DNA from: Octopus bimaculoides
Taxonomy: Eukaryota
Assembly: GCF_001194135.2 (NCBI RefSeq)
Contig: NC_068988.1
Coordinates: forward strand, 89,572,672 to 89,636,023
DNA length: 63,352 bases
Reading direction: 5' to 3'
Shown here: one piece after another, positions 11,122 through 24,848 of the stretch
How positions within the stretch are numbered: position 1 is the stretch's first letter
Layout of the letters: each line of letters starts with the position of its first letter
Translations under genes and position numbers: made by a program
The notes under the pieces: generated by a model
The model's database searches: none
Told to the model about the DNA's origin: nothing
Seen by the model: only the letters and a program-made list of their open reading frames with translations

Positions 11122-11791
11122 TATGTGTGTGTGTGTGTCTATATGTCTGTACTTGTGTGTGTATGTTTGTGTTTGTGTCTGCATTTGTGTGTGTGTGTAT
11201 GTGTGTGTATGTGTGTGTGCGTGTGTGGTCTGTTTACGTGTGTGTGTGAGAGAATATTCTTATTTGCTATCATCCAATTACTGTATGTACACTTTCTCAA
11301 ACTTCGTCTTTTTAATTCTCCAATTAGTGAGGGAATAAAGATGTCGGTTTTTAGAAGCCCTCTCGCAAGCATTTATATCGAATAGAACGGTATGTATAGA
11401 ATAGTTAGCATGCTAGTATAATGAAAATAATACAGGACATCGTACTCTTTTTCTATTCATTTTCCAGAAAATAATGGGATGATTGGCTTCTTTCAAGCGC
11501 ATATTTCTTCTTTTTTATTTAATAGCGTCTTGCAAAATTATTAATCTGTATTGAAGCTGCTTGCAGAACACCGTATATACTGCAAATCATATTGTCAAAC
11601 AATCTATAGGGAAGTAACCAACTGAGGGAATTTTGTGTATGAGATAAAACATCCTAAATTAATGATGTTATAGTTAGATGAAATATCAGTCGTAACGAAA
11701 AACTTGAATTCTCATGAATGAGGAAACAATAAAAAGATGATTGGCAGTAGGTATGCGGGCGCGACATACCTCCATGTACTTATATATATAC

Positions 11792-11861
<70 letters not shown>

Positions 11862-12304
11862 NNNNNNNNNNNNNNNNNNNNNNNNNNNNNNNNNNNNNNN
11901 NNNNNNNNNNNNNNNNNNNNNNNNNNNNNNNNNNNNNNNNNNNNNNNNNNNNNNNNNNNNNNNNNNNNNNNNNNNNNNNNNNNNNNNNNNNNNNNNNNNN
12001 NNNNNNNNNNNNNNNNNNNNNNNNNNNNNNNNNNNNNNNNNNNNNNNNNNNNNNNNNNNNNNNNNNNNNNNNNNNNNNNNNNNNNNNNNNNNNNNNNNNN
12101 NNNNNNNNNNNNNNNNNNNNNNNNNNNNNNNNNNNNNNNNNNNNNNNNNNNNNNNNNNNNNNNNNNNNNNNNNNNNNNNNNNNNNNNNNNNNNNNNNNNN
12201 NNNNNNNNNNNNNNNNNNNNNNNNNNNNNNNNNNNNNNNNNNNNNNNNNNNNNNNNNNNNNNNNNNNNNNNNNNNNNNNNNNNNNNNNNNNNNNNNNNNN
12301 NNNN

Positions 12305-12358
<54 letters not shown>

Positions 12359-13054
12359 CACATATATATGTGTGTGTATGTATGTATGTATGTATATATC
12401 ACCTCGTGACAATCTAAAGAACCATTTATTGTGACAATTTCCTTACAACGATGATAAACATGTTTCAGGAAATATATCGCAAATTAGAAATTTACAAATT
12501 AAGTTTCGTGCTGAGAAATGAAATAAATATTGTAAATAGCATAAGAAAAATAATAAATGATAGAAGTATTTCGTTGGTTTGACGCTATTCTAGTTAGCAC
12601 TAGGATATTACAACGTCACTAAAAAGACTTTTTCTTCTAACTCGTGGTTTCGTTCATTTTATTTAATTCATTATCAAAGTTTTTTTTTTTTTTTTTTTTT
12701 TTTTTCTTTTTTCTACTTTCGAAAATGACTAAAAGTTACTAAAGTAATAAGTAATAACATTGTTGGTGTCGTTTCCCTCCAGAAAATTCTGTCGTTATTC
12801 TGGTATTGTTTCTTGTTTCCAATGTAAGAAGGAATTTTTTTTTTCATATCAGTATTTTCACATAAATTCCCGGACGCAGACGAAATCTCCGTTATCACAG
12901 TAACGTAACTTAATCCTTTATGTAATGATTATTGTCTAGACGAAATCAGTCTGCACACCTACAAATATATATATGTACATACATACATACATACATACAT
13001 ACACACACACACACGCACACACATACACACACACACGCACACATACACACATAT

Positions 13055-13215
13055 ATATTCTTTTATTACTTGTTTCAGTCGTTCAACTGCGGCCAAGCTG
13101 CAGCATCACCTTCACAGTTTTTAGTCGTAGTGATCGACCCAGAACATATTTTTTAAGCCTAGTACATATTCTATCGTTTTTGTTGCTGAACTGCCAAGTT
13201 ACGGGGACATAAACA
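13055..13215 (-). mobile_element. SINE family B, 3' part
   Basis: 'ttacttgtttcagtcgttcaactgcggccaagctgcagc...cgacccaga...aagcctagtacatattctatcg' is the reverse complement of the family B tail. Confidence 0.8.
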
Positions 13216-13871
13216 GTTGGAATTACCATGTTCAAGGATAGGATCACGTGCGCATGCAAGAAATAACAGTAAACTATGAATGTTATTCTTAATTTTAATT
13301 TCAATTTTATTTTATTACTAGCCCTTTTCTCTTGACACATATTTTATATTCATTTTTGATAAGGATTTTCAAAAAACCGAAACATGTATATATGTATACA
13401 TATATATGAATGTAAATTCCATACCAGTGTGCACGAGTGCATGGGTGACCGCATGTGGTGTGTTCGGAGGTGTGATGCATTTGCTTAATATCTCAGCGCT
13501 AAAATATGAAGACACCAGTGATAGCAGTTCCTCCCTAATTACGCTTACAGTTAAGTGCATGGAAAAATTACAGATGATTTCAACATAAGCGATAAAATAA
13601 TCATTCATACATATGATTTGAATAGTATTTGTTTGTTAATGGCAGAAGTTTTAGAAACGGTTCCATTTAGTTTTGGTCCATTCAGTTAGGCTCTAATTAA
13701 TTATATTTGTTGAATGATAATTTATGCCAAGGAAGGAAACGACATGCAACGAAGAATATTCTTTAAGGCGAACTACAGACGTTGATAAAACTCCTAAGTG
13801 TTTCTTATGGAGATACATTTAGAATGATATTATGGAATGGAAAAATAAATCGAGGATATTTTATTATCTTT

Positions 13872-14420
13872 GTGGTGGGGAGCTGGCAAAAGGCGTTGGC
13901 TAGCAAGTTAAAATACTTAGCTGCCTTCCTTGTGGCTTTACGTTCTGAGTTCAAATCCCGCCGAGGTGAACTTTTTCTCTTTTCGGGTCGACTGAGGGAA
14001 GTACTCAACAAGTACTGGTGTTTATGAAATCATCTAACAGCCTCCCCCCAAATTGCTGCCATTTTCTCAGAGTTGGAAACCCATTCAAAGTAGCGAGCTG
14101 ACAGAATCTACTGAGCAATATAAAATACCTAGCAGTATATCTTTTGGCTCTTGAAGTAGTATCTTTAAGTACTACAGAGATCGGTTTTGCCCATCATATA
14201 TTGTGGTCGATTAAATAACTACCAGTCGAACACACGGGTCGATGAAATGCGTTGCTGCATTTTGTCTGTCTCAACGTTATGAGTTCATATTCATCCGAGG
14301 TCGACTTTTCCTTTTGTCCTTGTGTCGATAAAATGAATACCAGTCAAGTACTGACGTCGATGTCAACGGCTTATCCCCTCCCCCGGAATCACTGACCTTG
14401 TGCCAAAATTTGAAACCAAT
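13872..14420 (+). mobile_element. Tandem cluster (about 3 units) of SINE-like family A
   Basis: Repeated 'gagctggca/gacagaatc', 'gttctgagttcaaatcccgccgagg', 'gggtcga' and 'accttgtgccaaaatttgaaacc' blocks. Confidence 0.8.
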
Positions 14421-15091
14421 ATTATTATTATTATCATTATCACCATCATCATAACCATTACTATCATTATCATCGGCATTGTTATTAGAGCTCGTTAGAC
14501 CAATTTAAACTATTATGCAACATAAGGTCAATAATATTCCAACAATGATCCTCTAATATTATTCAAATATTGAGTCATCTAAGCAATATTATTTACTGTA
14601 GACCTTCCTTTAATAATGTAGGATGTAATTTTATCGAAATTTAGCTTCGACTGGGGATTCTCTAATTGTTGTTTTTGAAAATATTATCCTTGTTCTTGGT
14701 CTTAATTTTGAAATTTGTTATTGTTTAATTTCATATTGTCACGATGAAGCGCGTTCCACTTGTGACAAGCCTATCAAATTTCTCTCATTACATTCGTTTG
14801 TAATGTTCATTTGATTACACTTTGGTTGTTATTTTTACAGGATGGAAAGTCCACACAAAGGTCCTTCATTGGTTTCCAATATAATTACTCTACTGTTAGC
14901 ACGTACAGAAAAACAAGATAACTGCATATTTATTAGAAGATTCTCGATGAAAGGTTAATAAATTGTGACTCACCTGTTGATCAGTTTAATTGTTGGAGTT
15001 TGTTTAATTAGCATTTACAACGTGTAGGAGTGTGTAGGAGAGTGATTATGTGTGTATGCATACATGTCAGAAATTTAAAATTGTGTCCTTT

Positions 15092-15134
<43 letters not shown>

Positions 15135-15357
15135 NNNNNNNNNNACTGTTAGCACGTACAGAAAAACAAGATAACTGCATATTTATTAGAAGATGCTCGG
15201 TGAAAGGTTAATAGATTGTGACTCACCTGTTGATCAGTTTAATTGTTGGAGTTTGTTTAATTAGCATTTACAACGTGTAGGAGTGTGTAGGAGAGTGATT
15301 ATGTGTGTATGCANNNNNNNNNNNNNNNNNNNNNNNNNNNNNNNNNNNGTGTCCTTT

Positions 15358-15402
<45 letters not shown>

Positions 15403-16168
15403 GTGTCCGCGCGTGTGTGAGTATGTGAGTGTGTACGTATACGTTTTAGAAGATGACGGTCAATGTAATGTGATACGTGTGTTTCAGTTTTTGTCTCTGT
15501 ACGCCTATAGGTGTGTTTCATTGTATGTGTGAATGTTTTTTCGTGTGAACTCTGCATATGTCGTTGACTAAGAGTGTATGTGTATGCGTGTGTCTTTGTG
15601 TGTGCATGAGATGTGCAGCACGGTATTCCCGCCCGCTTTCGTGAATCATATTCAGTTCATGATCGTTTTAAAACATTGTGTTAAGTAATTTAGTGTGGAC
15701 ATATTTATAAAGAGACGTGGTACATATAATGGAGAAGATGTAGAATGGTGGATATTAAAGAAGAATGAGGAAAATGTGTGTTAGATGTACATTGTGTATT
15801 TGCACAAGTCGAAGTGGTGAATCTTCATGTGACACAAGTTACACACGATGTTTAAATAACGGAAGTTAAACAGTGAAACACAATGGCACGTAAATAGTAA
15901 ATTCACAACGATTGAAAAATAATGAGAAAGCTGTTTTGATTGAATTCGTGACGAAATATGGATTTGTAATTTCCTTCTTTTGAAATATTCAATAGAAAAT
16001 TTACTAACATTCACTCTGTAATTCTATTCAACCTCTCTTGCCATCTCTCTCACTCTCTCTTTTTGTGTGTATACGTGAGTGTGTGAGTGTGGATGTGCGC
16101 ACATACGTATGACTATATACACACGTGTGTGCATATGCATTTGTACGCGTATGCAGGTATGTATATAA

Positions 16169-16203
<35 letters not shown>

Positions 16204-16384
16204 GTATGTATATATATAGATATATTTATTTCTTTATGGGTTTCAGCCAAGTAGCTGTGGTCATGCTGGAGCACCACCGTGATTTTCCGTCTTTATGCTG
16301 TGCTCTCTTCACGTTCCTTGCATGGCTCTTCTTCCCCACCTGATATGGTCCAATCAAGAGTTTTGATGGCACATCTGGTGTATA

Positions 16385-16990
16385 AGAGAATTTGACATCG
16401 CTGCCCTAAACTGCTGATTGCGTGTGTTTGGTGGTCTGGCGCAGCTGTGATCCATTATGATTTCATTAAATCTGGCTCATCTATCACGGCCGAAGTATGC
16501 TATAGCCAACTGGACCAAATGATGCAGAAACTTGAAAAAAACATAGCCTAGACAAGTCAACAAATCCACTTTTATTTTATTGCAATTCTACGCCAGACCA
16601 CAATTCCAACTTGAGTTGGATGTTCTCCATCATACACCATTCTCACATGATTTTGACCCCACTGACTACCACTTATTCAAAAATTTGGATAACTTCTTGA
16701 TAGGAAAAGATTTTTAATCCCTCGATACTGTAAAACAGGCCTTGTGTAAGTTTATATGTTCTATTGCTATCATGATATTTTTTATTTTATATTACTATTG
16801 TGGTATTTTTTATTTTATATTACTATTGTATTTTTTATTCTCTATTGATTCTCTATATATTCTCTATATGAGACTCTGACCAGTTTCCTATACCGGGTCC
16901 ATGAGTTTACTTGCTTATTTGAAACGAAATTTGGTACTTTTTTTAAAGCCTTTATTACTGAACACCATTAATAGCACGTGCATTTGAACG
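16385..16990 (+). mobile_element. Mariner transposase fragment (Hsmar1/SETMAR-like catalytic region)
   Basis: LIACVWWSGAAVIHYDFIKSGSSITAEVCYSQLDQMMQKL ... HTPFSHDFDPTDYHLFKNLDNFLIGK. Confidence 0.85.
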
Positions 16991-19448
16991 TAAACATAAA
17001 CGGAAACTCGACTGTAAACCAGTACACACTTCCACGTTTACACACATGCACATACATAGTAGACTTAAATCAAAAGACATTGGTTCGTATTTGTGAAAAG
17101 ACGAGTGGACGGATTCAAAACTATTTTGCACATTGAAAAATTACTGGTCGTCAACATATCAAATGGATTCTGGTAAAAAATAATTAAGGGAAATAATGTT
17201 TAAATATCTTGGTGTGACTTAATGAACTTTTGTCAGCAACATTGTAAGACAGTAAGACATAATTACATAATTTGAATGTATCTCACATATTTAAACATTT
17301 AAATAAAACAAACACCAGCATATAAGGGACTGAGGAGAAAATATTAAGAAGAGATTATATTAACATTTGATCAAAAGTGTTGTGCAATGAGGTATTTGGA
17401 AATAAATATCTGGAAGAGCGCTACAAAAAGGGAAACTTTTCCAAAGCCTTTCAAAATCGCTGAATGCAAATTGGAACGCGATATTAATCCTTTAATGTTT
17501 GTCCATTCAATTGTTTGAAAAGTAAATACATGAACGCTTCCCATGTAGCCAAATGCCAGAATATGATTGGATCAAAAATACAATTCTTCCAGCTGATGTA
17601 AACAACTTTCTATTGATTGGAAAGGAACAACTGGCTGAAATATAAATTAATATCACTTATATATAAAATTCAATAAATTTATCTAAATTTACAAAGTAAA
17701 TTGATGCTATGTATATGGAGTGGGGTGAGAATCTTGTACATTTATTGTAAAGAATCATACCAATATAAAACTTCGAAATTACTATTTTGTTTCCTGAGTT
17801 TTATACCACATGCATAACAAAATATACAGCTGAAACATACAGGAATTAAGGAATGAATGTTTCTGTATCAAGCGATGCCAAAACGGGAATATATTTATAC
17901 AAATGACAATATTATTATCCTTATGTCTACCATACATTCAAAAATTCTTTTGCTACCATCAGCACGTAAATTTCATTGAATGCCCTCCTTTTACATATGT
18001 GTAGCATTAATTCTCTAACAATACTTATTCTTTGAGAGAGAAAATATATGCAGTGCCATTGAGACTTCACAGATTCTCCGTGGCTGGTTGGAAGGCAGGT
18101 TAATGTACTTTGAAAAGTATAGGCAATGCAGGAGCTGTAGTTCATTAAATGCAGCCAGGATAAGAGGTGGTGGTGGTAGTAAACAGAGTAAGGAGTAATT
18201 GTAACAATCACGTATGCCTAAACAGGAAAAATATTTGTCTGATACTAGACCAGCACTTTATTTATCGACTTCAGAAAGACAAATGGCACCCCTGGTATCG
18301 GTATTTAAAATTAGAATACACGTTATGAGAAATACGTACCATAAATCCATTTCATCCGATGCTCTGAAAACAAAGTAAATTCCCCGGCTAAATATACACC
18401 ACAAAAAGGTTTTCTTTTTAAAAAGTTTGTCACCAAAATAGGGTGATCGTAAAGTAATGCATTAGTCAGTACTAAAATCTGTATACTCTAGTTAAGATTT
18501 ATATATTCTAGAAAAATGTTTGAAGATAAGATGTATCTGATTATATGATTTCCATGCTTGTGCTTTAGTTGACGATTATATGCAGAAGTGACGTATCTAT
18601 AGACGAGTACACGTTAACTGTGTCTGTATTGAGAAGACAAGTCCATACATTTGCATTATATGTGAAGAATATATAATTTTCAGCTATGAAGTTTCACCTG
18701 TACATGAAATTTAAGATAGGTGACAATATGAGCATATATGTTTACATAAGTTACGTTCGCTATACTAACAGACTTTTATCGTCTTATTTATTTCTTTAAC
18801 AATTCAGTTGGATATTCTAGAGACTGTGACATGTCAAGTACGTTGCTTAATTGTATAACCGTTGTATAATTGAATTTTTGTAGCACATTTACGAAATCTC
18901 TATTATAGTTCATACTGTCATTATTTCTTAAATTGAACAATATTGCGGCAAACTTTGAATAGAGTTCAATATTTCCACTATATATATACTAAGAGGTAAC
19001 AACATATATCGATATCACGGCAGCTACTACCTAACAACATTCTCTATCGCTCACTCACTATTATTCTGTCGTTACTTGTTGGAGATTCAGAAACTATGCT
19101 GTGTAAAATCCACTTAAAAACTGTGATGTGTTCAGCAGTGTCTAGTTAAAGTCGTAGCAAAAAGAAACATATTCAGTTTGTTGAAATACGAAGTATCCTA
19201 CTGCTGATATGTATGTTCAGATATGGTGGTTTAAACTAATTTTTCAAGGTTTTAAATTGACTCAGGTTTGGCAGGTAGACTCTCATCATAAGTATAAACA
19301 TCCTTGAATATGGTTTCATATATTTTTAATAACGTTGTAATATGCAGTAGATATTATCGATCTGGATGTAAATCAGCCAACACTAACACACACAAACACA
19401 CACAAACGACGCACACGCACATACATATATGTACATACCAAACGTTTC

Positions 19449-19488
<40 letters not shown>

Positions 19489-20324
19489 GCGTGTGTAGAT
19501 AGATAAATAGATACTTACATATATGGGCAAAAAAAATACATAGGATAAAATGTATGTATGTATGCTTGTATCACATTAGCTTTGATGCCATAGAAACTAG
19601 TAGTTATAGAGATCCTCCATATGCTATGTGAATATAAGTGGAATAATCTATTTAGATTTATTTAAAGCGAAAGTCGAGTTGATGTGTTCAGCAGTTTTAA
19701 ATTTCCGGTTTGTGAGTACGAATCAATGTTGAAGACAGCTGTTTATCTTTTTACAACTCACTCTCCGTGTCCGCTTCTTCTCTCTATCTCTATATCAATC
19801 TCCCTTTTTCTCTCTTTCATTTATCTCTAAGTAATTGTCGCTTCACTGGTAGGAAATTCGGTTATATATCTTATATGGTCACTTACAAATATGAACATAT
19901 TCACACACACTCATGCAATCATACACGAAAATAAAAGCGTTCTCATTTGAATTCAATGTTGAAAGGGATGAAAATCCAAAGAGAAACATACCGCTTTCTG
20001 AAAGTTGTTCTCTCCCCACCTCTCTCTGTATATACATATATATGTGTATGTGTGTGTGAGTGTGCGTGCGTGTGTGTGTGTGTGTGTATGTGGGTGTGTG
20101 TGTGTGTGTGGGTGTGTGTGTGTGTGCATCTATGTATAGAAAGATAGATAAATAGATAGACAGAAAACAGCCTCATCATTTACTCTGCTACTGTTATCCA
20201 CAATATGAAATATACCTACCTTCATCACTATCTTCGGCTTCTTTTCGTGCATGAGGATGGCCTCAGAGATACTTTATACAATCCTTTATACAATATTTTC
20301 TACACAATGCTTCATAGCAATTAC

Positions 20325-20326
20325 TA

Positions 20327-20391
<65 letters not shown>
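20325..20391. repeat. (ATT)n microsatellite
   Basis: Direct reading. Confidence 0.97.
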
Positions 20392-20897
20392 GAGTGAGAG
20401 AGCAACGCATGCCATCAAAATGACATTGGCGTACAAGAATGCGAAGACCAAACTCAACATCGGTCTTTTAAGAGTGTACACCAGGCAGATTCATCACAAC
20501 CATATGTGCGCGACATAGTGATCTCATATCAAGATATACAGCGTATGACCTTGGAGGTGGGGTGCAGTTAGAATTTTCTTCAGATTGAAGAACAAGATCC
20601 CTGAACACAGCCTGTTTAAGGATAATGAACGAACCACACAGGTTTCCAGAGGTGAATTATTCAAACCTCAGATAATTCATCTCAAGACATAGCTCCCCCC
20701 CTATTACTCCTGCTCGTGATCATAGTTGCACATATCGTCAGCCAGTAAGGGACATGCCCAACTGGTTACGGTGAAGCAACTGACAAGCAAATCTGTAGTA
20801 TTGAGCAGAATATTTGGTGTAGGTCATCTTTTATACCAAGACAAACATGTACATGATAGCACTTCCAGTCAGTTAAGATCAAAAGCCATGGGAGCCA
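20392..20897. mobile_element. Unclassified ~500-bp interspersed repeat bounded by (ATT)n and (GTA)n
   Basis: Complex, relatively GC-richer non-coding block inserted cleanly between two trinucleotide tracts; no ORF. I recall it as a common octopus repeat, but this is not verified. Confidence 0.5.
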
Positions 20898-20898
20898 C

Positions 20899-20946
<48 letters not shown>

Positions 20947-20947
20947 T

Positions 20948-20982
<35 letters not shown>
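20899..20982. repeat. (GTA)n microsatellite
   Basis: Direct reading. Confidence 0.97.
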
Positions 20983-20984
<2 letters not shown>

Positions 20985-22299
20985 CATTTTTATTATGTCA
21001 GTAATAATTTTGGTCATCATTCAATCTAGTAATTAACATCCCAATATTCTCTCGACCACAGAGGTCACTAGTCATCACTATCCTCATTATACATATTCAT
21101 TCTAAACTTCATTGGCAGATATTCAGCCTTTTCTTTGTCCTCGCTAGGCCCTTCTTCTTTTCTTTTATGTATGTATTTTTCTTCACTCCGATGAAGCTCC
21201 ACGTTCCAGATTACTTTTATTACCAAATATGATGAATGTCATTTTTAGCATATCAATGCCAATACCATATAACATTGAAAGCAGAAACAGCTGTAAGATG
21301 GATGCAGTCTATTTGTATTGAATTGAAAAATAGTAATTGATGTAAGTCAATTGTTGTTGATCAATATTTCTCCATTTTCTGTTTACTTTCTATGTACGTG
21401 TGTGTGTTTGTGTGTGCGTGCACACGCGTGTAAATTATTAATATAGCCTTTCATATCGTGTATAACGTCTTCTAGTTTTCTCTTCTTAATTTATAAACGT
21501 ACTTTTTCTTTATTCTTATTTTTCGTACACCAGGTTCTTTTTTTATTCTTTGTAAACCATAGTGTAAGAATCGTGCTTCGTTTTCTTCGAGGGCTTGTAG
21601 CTAATAAAGAAAAGATTGTTTCTGATATTATTATCACTATCATTATTATTATCATTATTATTATTATTATTATTATTATCATCATCATCATCATCATCAA
21701 CTTTCTTATTATTATTACTATTATCGATATAATTACCAGTAGTTACAATAATAGTTTAATATTACAATGCTAACTCACCGACCTTTACTCCACTATATTC
21801 AATCATATTACACCAGTAACCATGTCAGACATGTCAATGAGATCGAATGTCATTAAATACACTAATCAATATTAACCAATCAATTATAATTAATAGCTAT
21901 GACATTATCGATTATAGTTTCTGACACAATTTACAATGTTTTCTGAAATACCAGATACATTGGATATTTAATTAGTATTCTTCATGCGGTTGGTGATGGA
22001 AATGCACGTAGTTTGCCGCTAGTTTAAGTTCTTCTACAGTCATACGATGGGCCAGCAGTTCCAGTAATGTCTAAGGAACAATCTATTTTTACAGTTGGAT
22101 GATATAATGTGCATAAGGATTTATTTGGCTTAAGTGACACTAAGTGATGCTATTTCTACAATAACAATAGGTGTAATCTCGGTAGGAAGTAAAGAGATTT
22201 GTTTAATAAGTACGCAATTGCGAAGAAAATATAGGACTGAAGAATTTATTGGAATATTACAAATCAGTTTGAAATAAATTGGTACATACATAGGTCTAA

Positions 22300-22625
22300 G
22301 TGTGGCTGTGGGCTAATAAGTTTGCTTCCCAATCACTTAATTCTGGGTTCATTCCTAGTGCTTTGCACCTTGGGCAAGTGCCTTCTACCATAGCTTCGGG
22401 TTGAGTTTATAGTGAGTGGATTTGGTAGACGGAAACTGAAAGAAGTCCGTTGTATANNNNNNNNNNTGTCAACCAGAATTGATGTTTATATGCCCGTATC
22501 TTAGCGATTCGGCAAAAAAAGCGATAGAATGAGTACTAGGCTAAAAACATAAGTCCTTGGGTCGGTTTGTTCGACTAAAATCCTTCAGGACGGTACTCCA
22601 GCATGGCCACTTACTGACACGAATA
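22300..22625 (+). mobile_element. SINE family B (tRNA-like head plus CORE-like 'ACCTTGGGCAAGTG' block)
   Basis: 'gtgtggctgtgggctaataagtttgcttcccaatcac...gcaccttgggcaagtgccttctac...ggatttggtagacggaaactgaaagaagtccgt' plus tail 'ccagcatggcc'. Confidence 0.85.
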
Positions 22626-23629
22626 AAATAATAATAGAACATGTGAGCATTTGTATGTGTATGTGTGCGTGTGTGCGTGTGTGCGTGTGTGCGTGTGTGT
22701 GTGTGTGCCAGAGCGCGCGGAGGTGAAAATTTGCATTGCATTACGTCACGTTATTTAATTTAAATAACATTGTAAAGCTGCCCTTGTGCTTTACTACTTT
22801 AATCTAAAACAAATCTAACATGAAAAAGTTGGAATGACTTGAATGACAGGAATGATTGCTAAAACTGGGTGCACATCCCTGTGGTTTGCGGAAGTGCTTC
22901 GTTTTAGGCATACGTCATACCATTTGACCACTTCAACCTAACTGCAGCGTATTCAAATGTAGATGGTCTAACCGTCATTGATTCGATGCAAGTATATATA
23001 TCCAACATTCGTTTGAATAACACCAACGGGTTACAAGGCACTCTACCAGTTATAATGGGAAGCCTGAAAATCAGATCATCTCAGGTTGCGGCATCAGCTC
23101 GTGCTATAACGCTACGCAGTACAATAGCTTCCGTTATGACAATTTCCAATATGTCATTTTCATACTCAGTTATAGACAGTATAAGTACTAATATGCTGGA
23201 ATGGAAAAATCTGTTTTGATGTCGGAATTATTGGAATCAATGCGATTGCTTAATCAACTGTAGAAATTAAAATTATGTAGTTGCCGACACTTAAAATCAA
23301 CATGCTAGACAAGGGTGCATAAAGGGGTACTAGTTTTCCAATGCTCCAGATTTCTACAATACTAGACAGCAGGACCCTCTTATTAGATTGGATCTTCACT
23401 TCAGCAGAGATACGTGCACGGTGTTACAGGGTAGTAGTGGAGACGAGCACAGTCCAATAAGATTTCATATTATGTTCGGTTATGTCAGTAACCGATCATC
23501 ACGCTGGGCTGCTGAAATAACTAATATAATTAAAATAATTAAAACGTTCCTAACATCGTCGATAGGCTATGTGAACATGGACACTAAAGGAGTGTAGTCC
23601 GACAAAAGTGATTGTTTTCAATATATTTA

Positions 23630-23820
23630 GTTTCGCGGAGCTGACAATCGCTAGCACACTGAGAAAAATGCTCAGCTGCATTCTTAATTCAAATTTCACA
23701 GAAGTCGGTTTACCTTTCATTTTTCTGAGGTCGATAAAATATATACCAGTTGGCACGGAGGTTGATGTAATCGACAAACCCATCCCGCGAAATTGTTGGC
23801 CCTGCGCAAAAATTTAAACC
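23630..23820 (+). mobile_element. SINE-like family A copy nested in the LINE relic
   Basis: 'gcggagctgacaatcgctagcac...aattcaaatttcacagaagtcgg...gaggtcgataaaat...gccctgcgcaaaaatttaaacc'. Confidence 0.75.
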
Positions 23821-24817
23821 ACTATGCGTCGATTTCGTCACGTCGATACTTTCGTTGATAGAAATATTTCAGAGGCAGTGAACTACTCGTCAACTTATGT
23901 GGCGGGAATCAAAGTTTCCAAGTGATAAACTACGCATCACTGCCCAGCAATAATTTGAACTCATAGCAATTGAGTCCTTTTCGCCAGTAAATCGGTAAGG
24001 GTTATCAACAACACTATCAGAATAAAGCTGGTTAAACTGCTAGCTGAAGCGGTCTCTACATCCTAGATGCGGTAATAAGTAAACGTGCCACTTGTAAGTG
24101 GCGTGTGCCAGTGTATTCGTACAATTTTCAATGTCTTATCGTTTTGCATAAAAGTAAATATTACATTTGAATTATTGTTGTTGACTTCATACTCAAGTTA
24201 CCATAGCAGCACTTCTCCTAAAGTACAATTTTGAAAAGTGTAACTATAAAATGAAAAGAATTCAAAACAATATATAAACACGATGCACACAATTACAGCA
24301 CGTAAAGTATATGCATACGATATAAACATATATAGCCAACGTAACTATACATTCATACAGTCACCATTTCAGCGCTTGGGTTTAAGTGTACTGAATCAAA
24401 GAGTTTATGACAGTAAGTCAAAAGAAAAATGAAATAAAATTAAATAAAGAAATAAATAGATAAACAGGAGAAACATCAAATATTATTTTTGGAATGACGG
24501 TTTGATAAATAATCGATTTAATAAAATAATTCATTGTTTTTGTTTTCTTTTGTTTCATTGTAATTATTGAAATATTTAATTTAATTGAAACACGAAGAAA
24601 GTGATTTATCTCCCTTCCATAGCAACTATGAAATCGACATCAATATTTTCCTCAGGAGAAATTAAAAATAAAACGCGGAAAGAACGACCATACATACATA
24701 CGAAAACGGAATGTATGTAAGTATGGATGTTTACAGACACACACCAAACGTTTACTGAATGTGTCTGTATGTGTGCGTACGTTTATATACATACGTATCT
24801 GCATACATGCACGCACG

Positions 24818-24848
<31 letters not shown>

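Noticed and set aside
14892-15400. ~240-bp tandem duplication
   Set aside because: The copies flank a 10-N gap and are near-identical, most likely an unmerged contig overlap or two haplotypes.
18808-18837. 30-nt plus-strand mini-exon (ttcag|TTGGAT...TGTCAA|gtacgt) and similar isolated signals at 12781-12821 and 19670-19710
   Set aside because: Splice-like signals alone are expected by chance in 63 kb, and there is no coherent reading frame linking them.
20690-20760. HDV-like ribozyme hint (TCCC...CTCGTG...AAGGGAC)
   Set aside because: I could not build a consistent nested double pseudoknot, and the position does not fit a retroelement 5' end.
21180-22070. Exon-like frames LFLLSMLYGIGIDMLK... 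and TLLELLAHRMTVEELK...
   Set aside because: Better explained as RT-domain relics of the 21-25 kb LINE.
23961-24062. GPI-anchor/TM-like terminal exon DVETASASSLTSFILIVLLITLTDLLAKRTQLL*
   Set aside because: Another frame matches the LINE endonuclease PTR...LGNSDH region, colinear with the surrounding relic, and no upstream exons were found.
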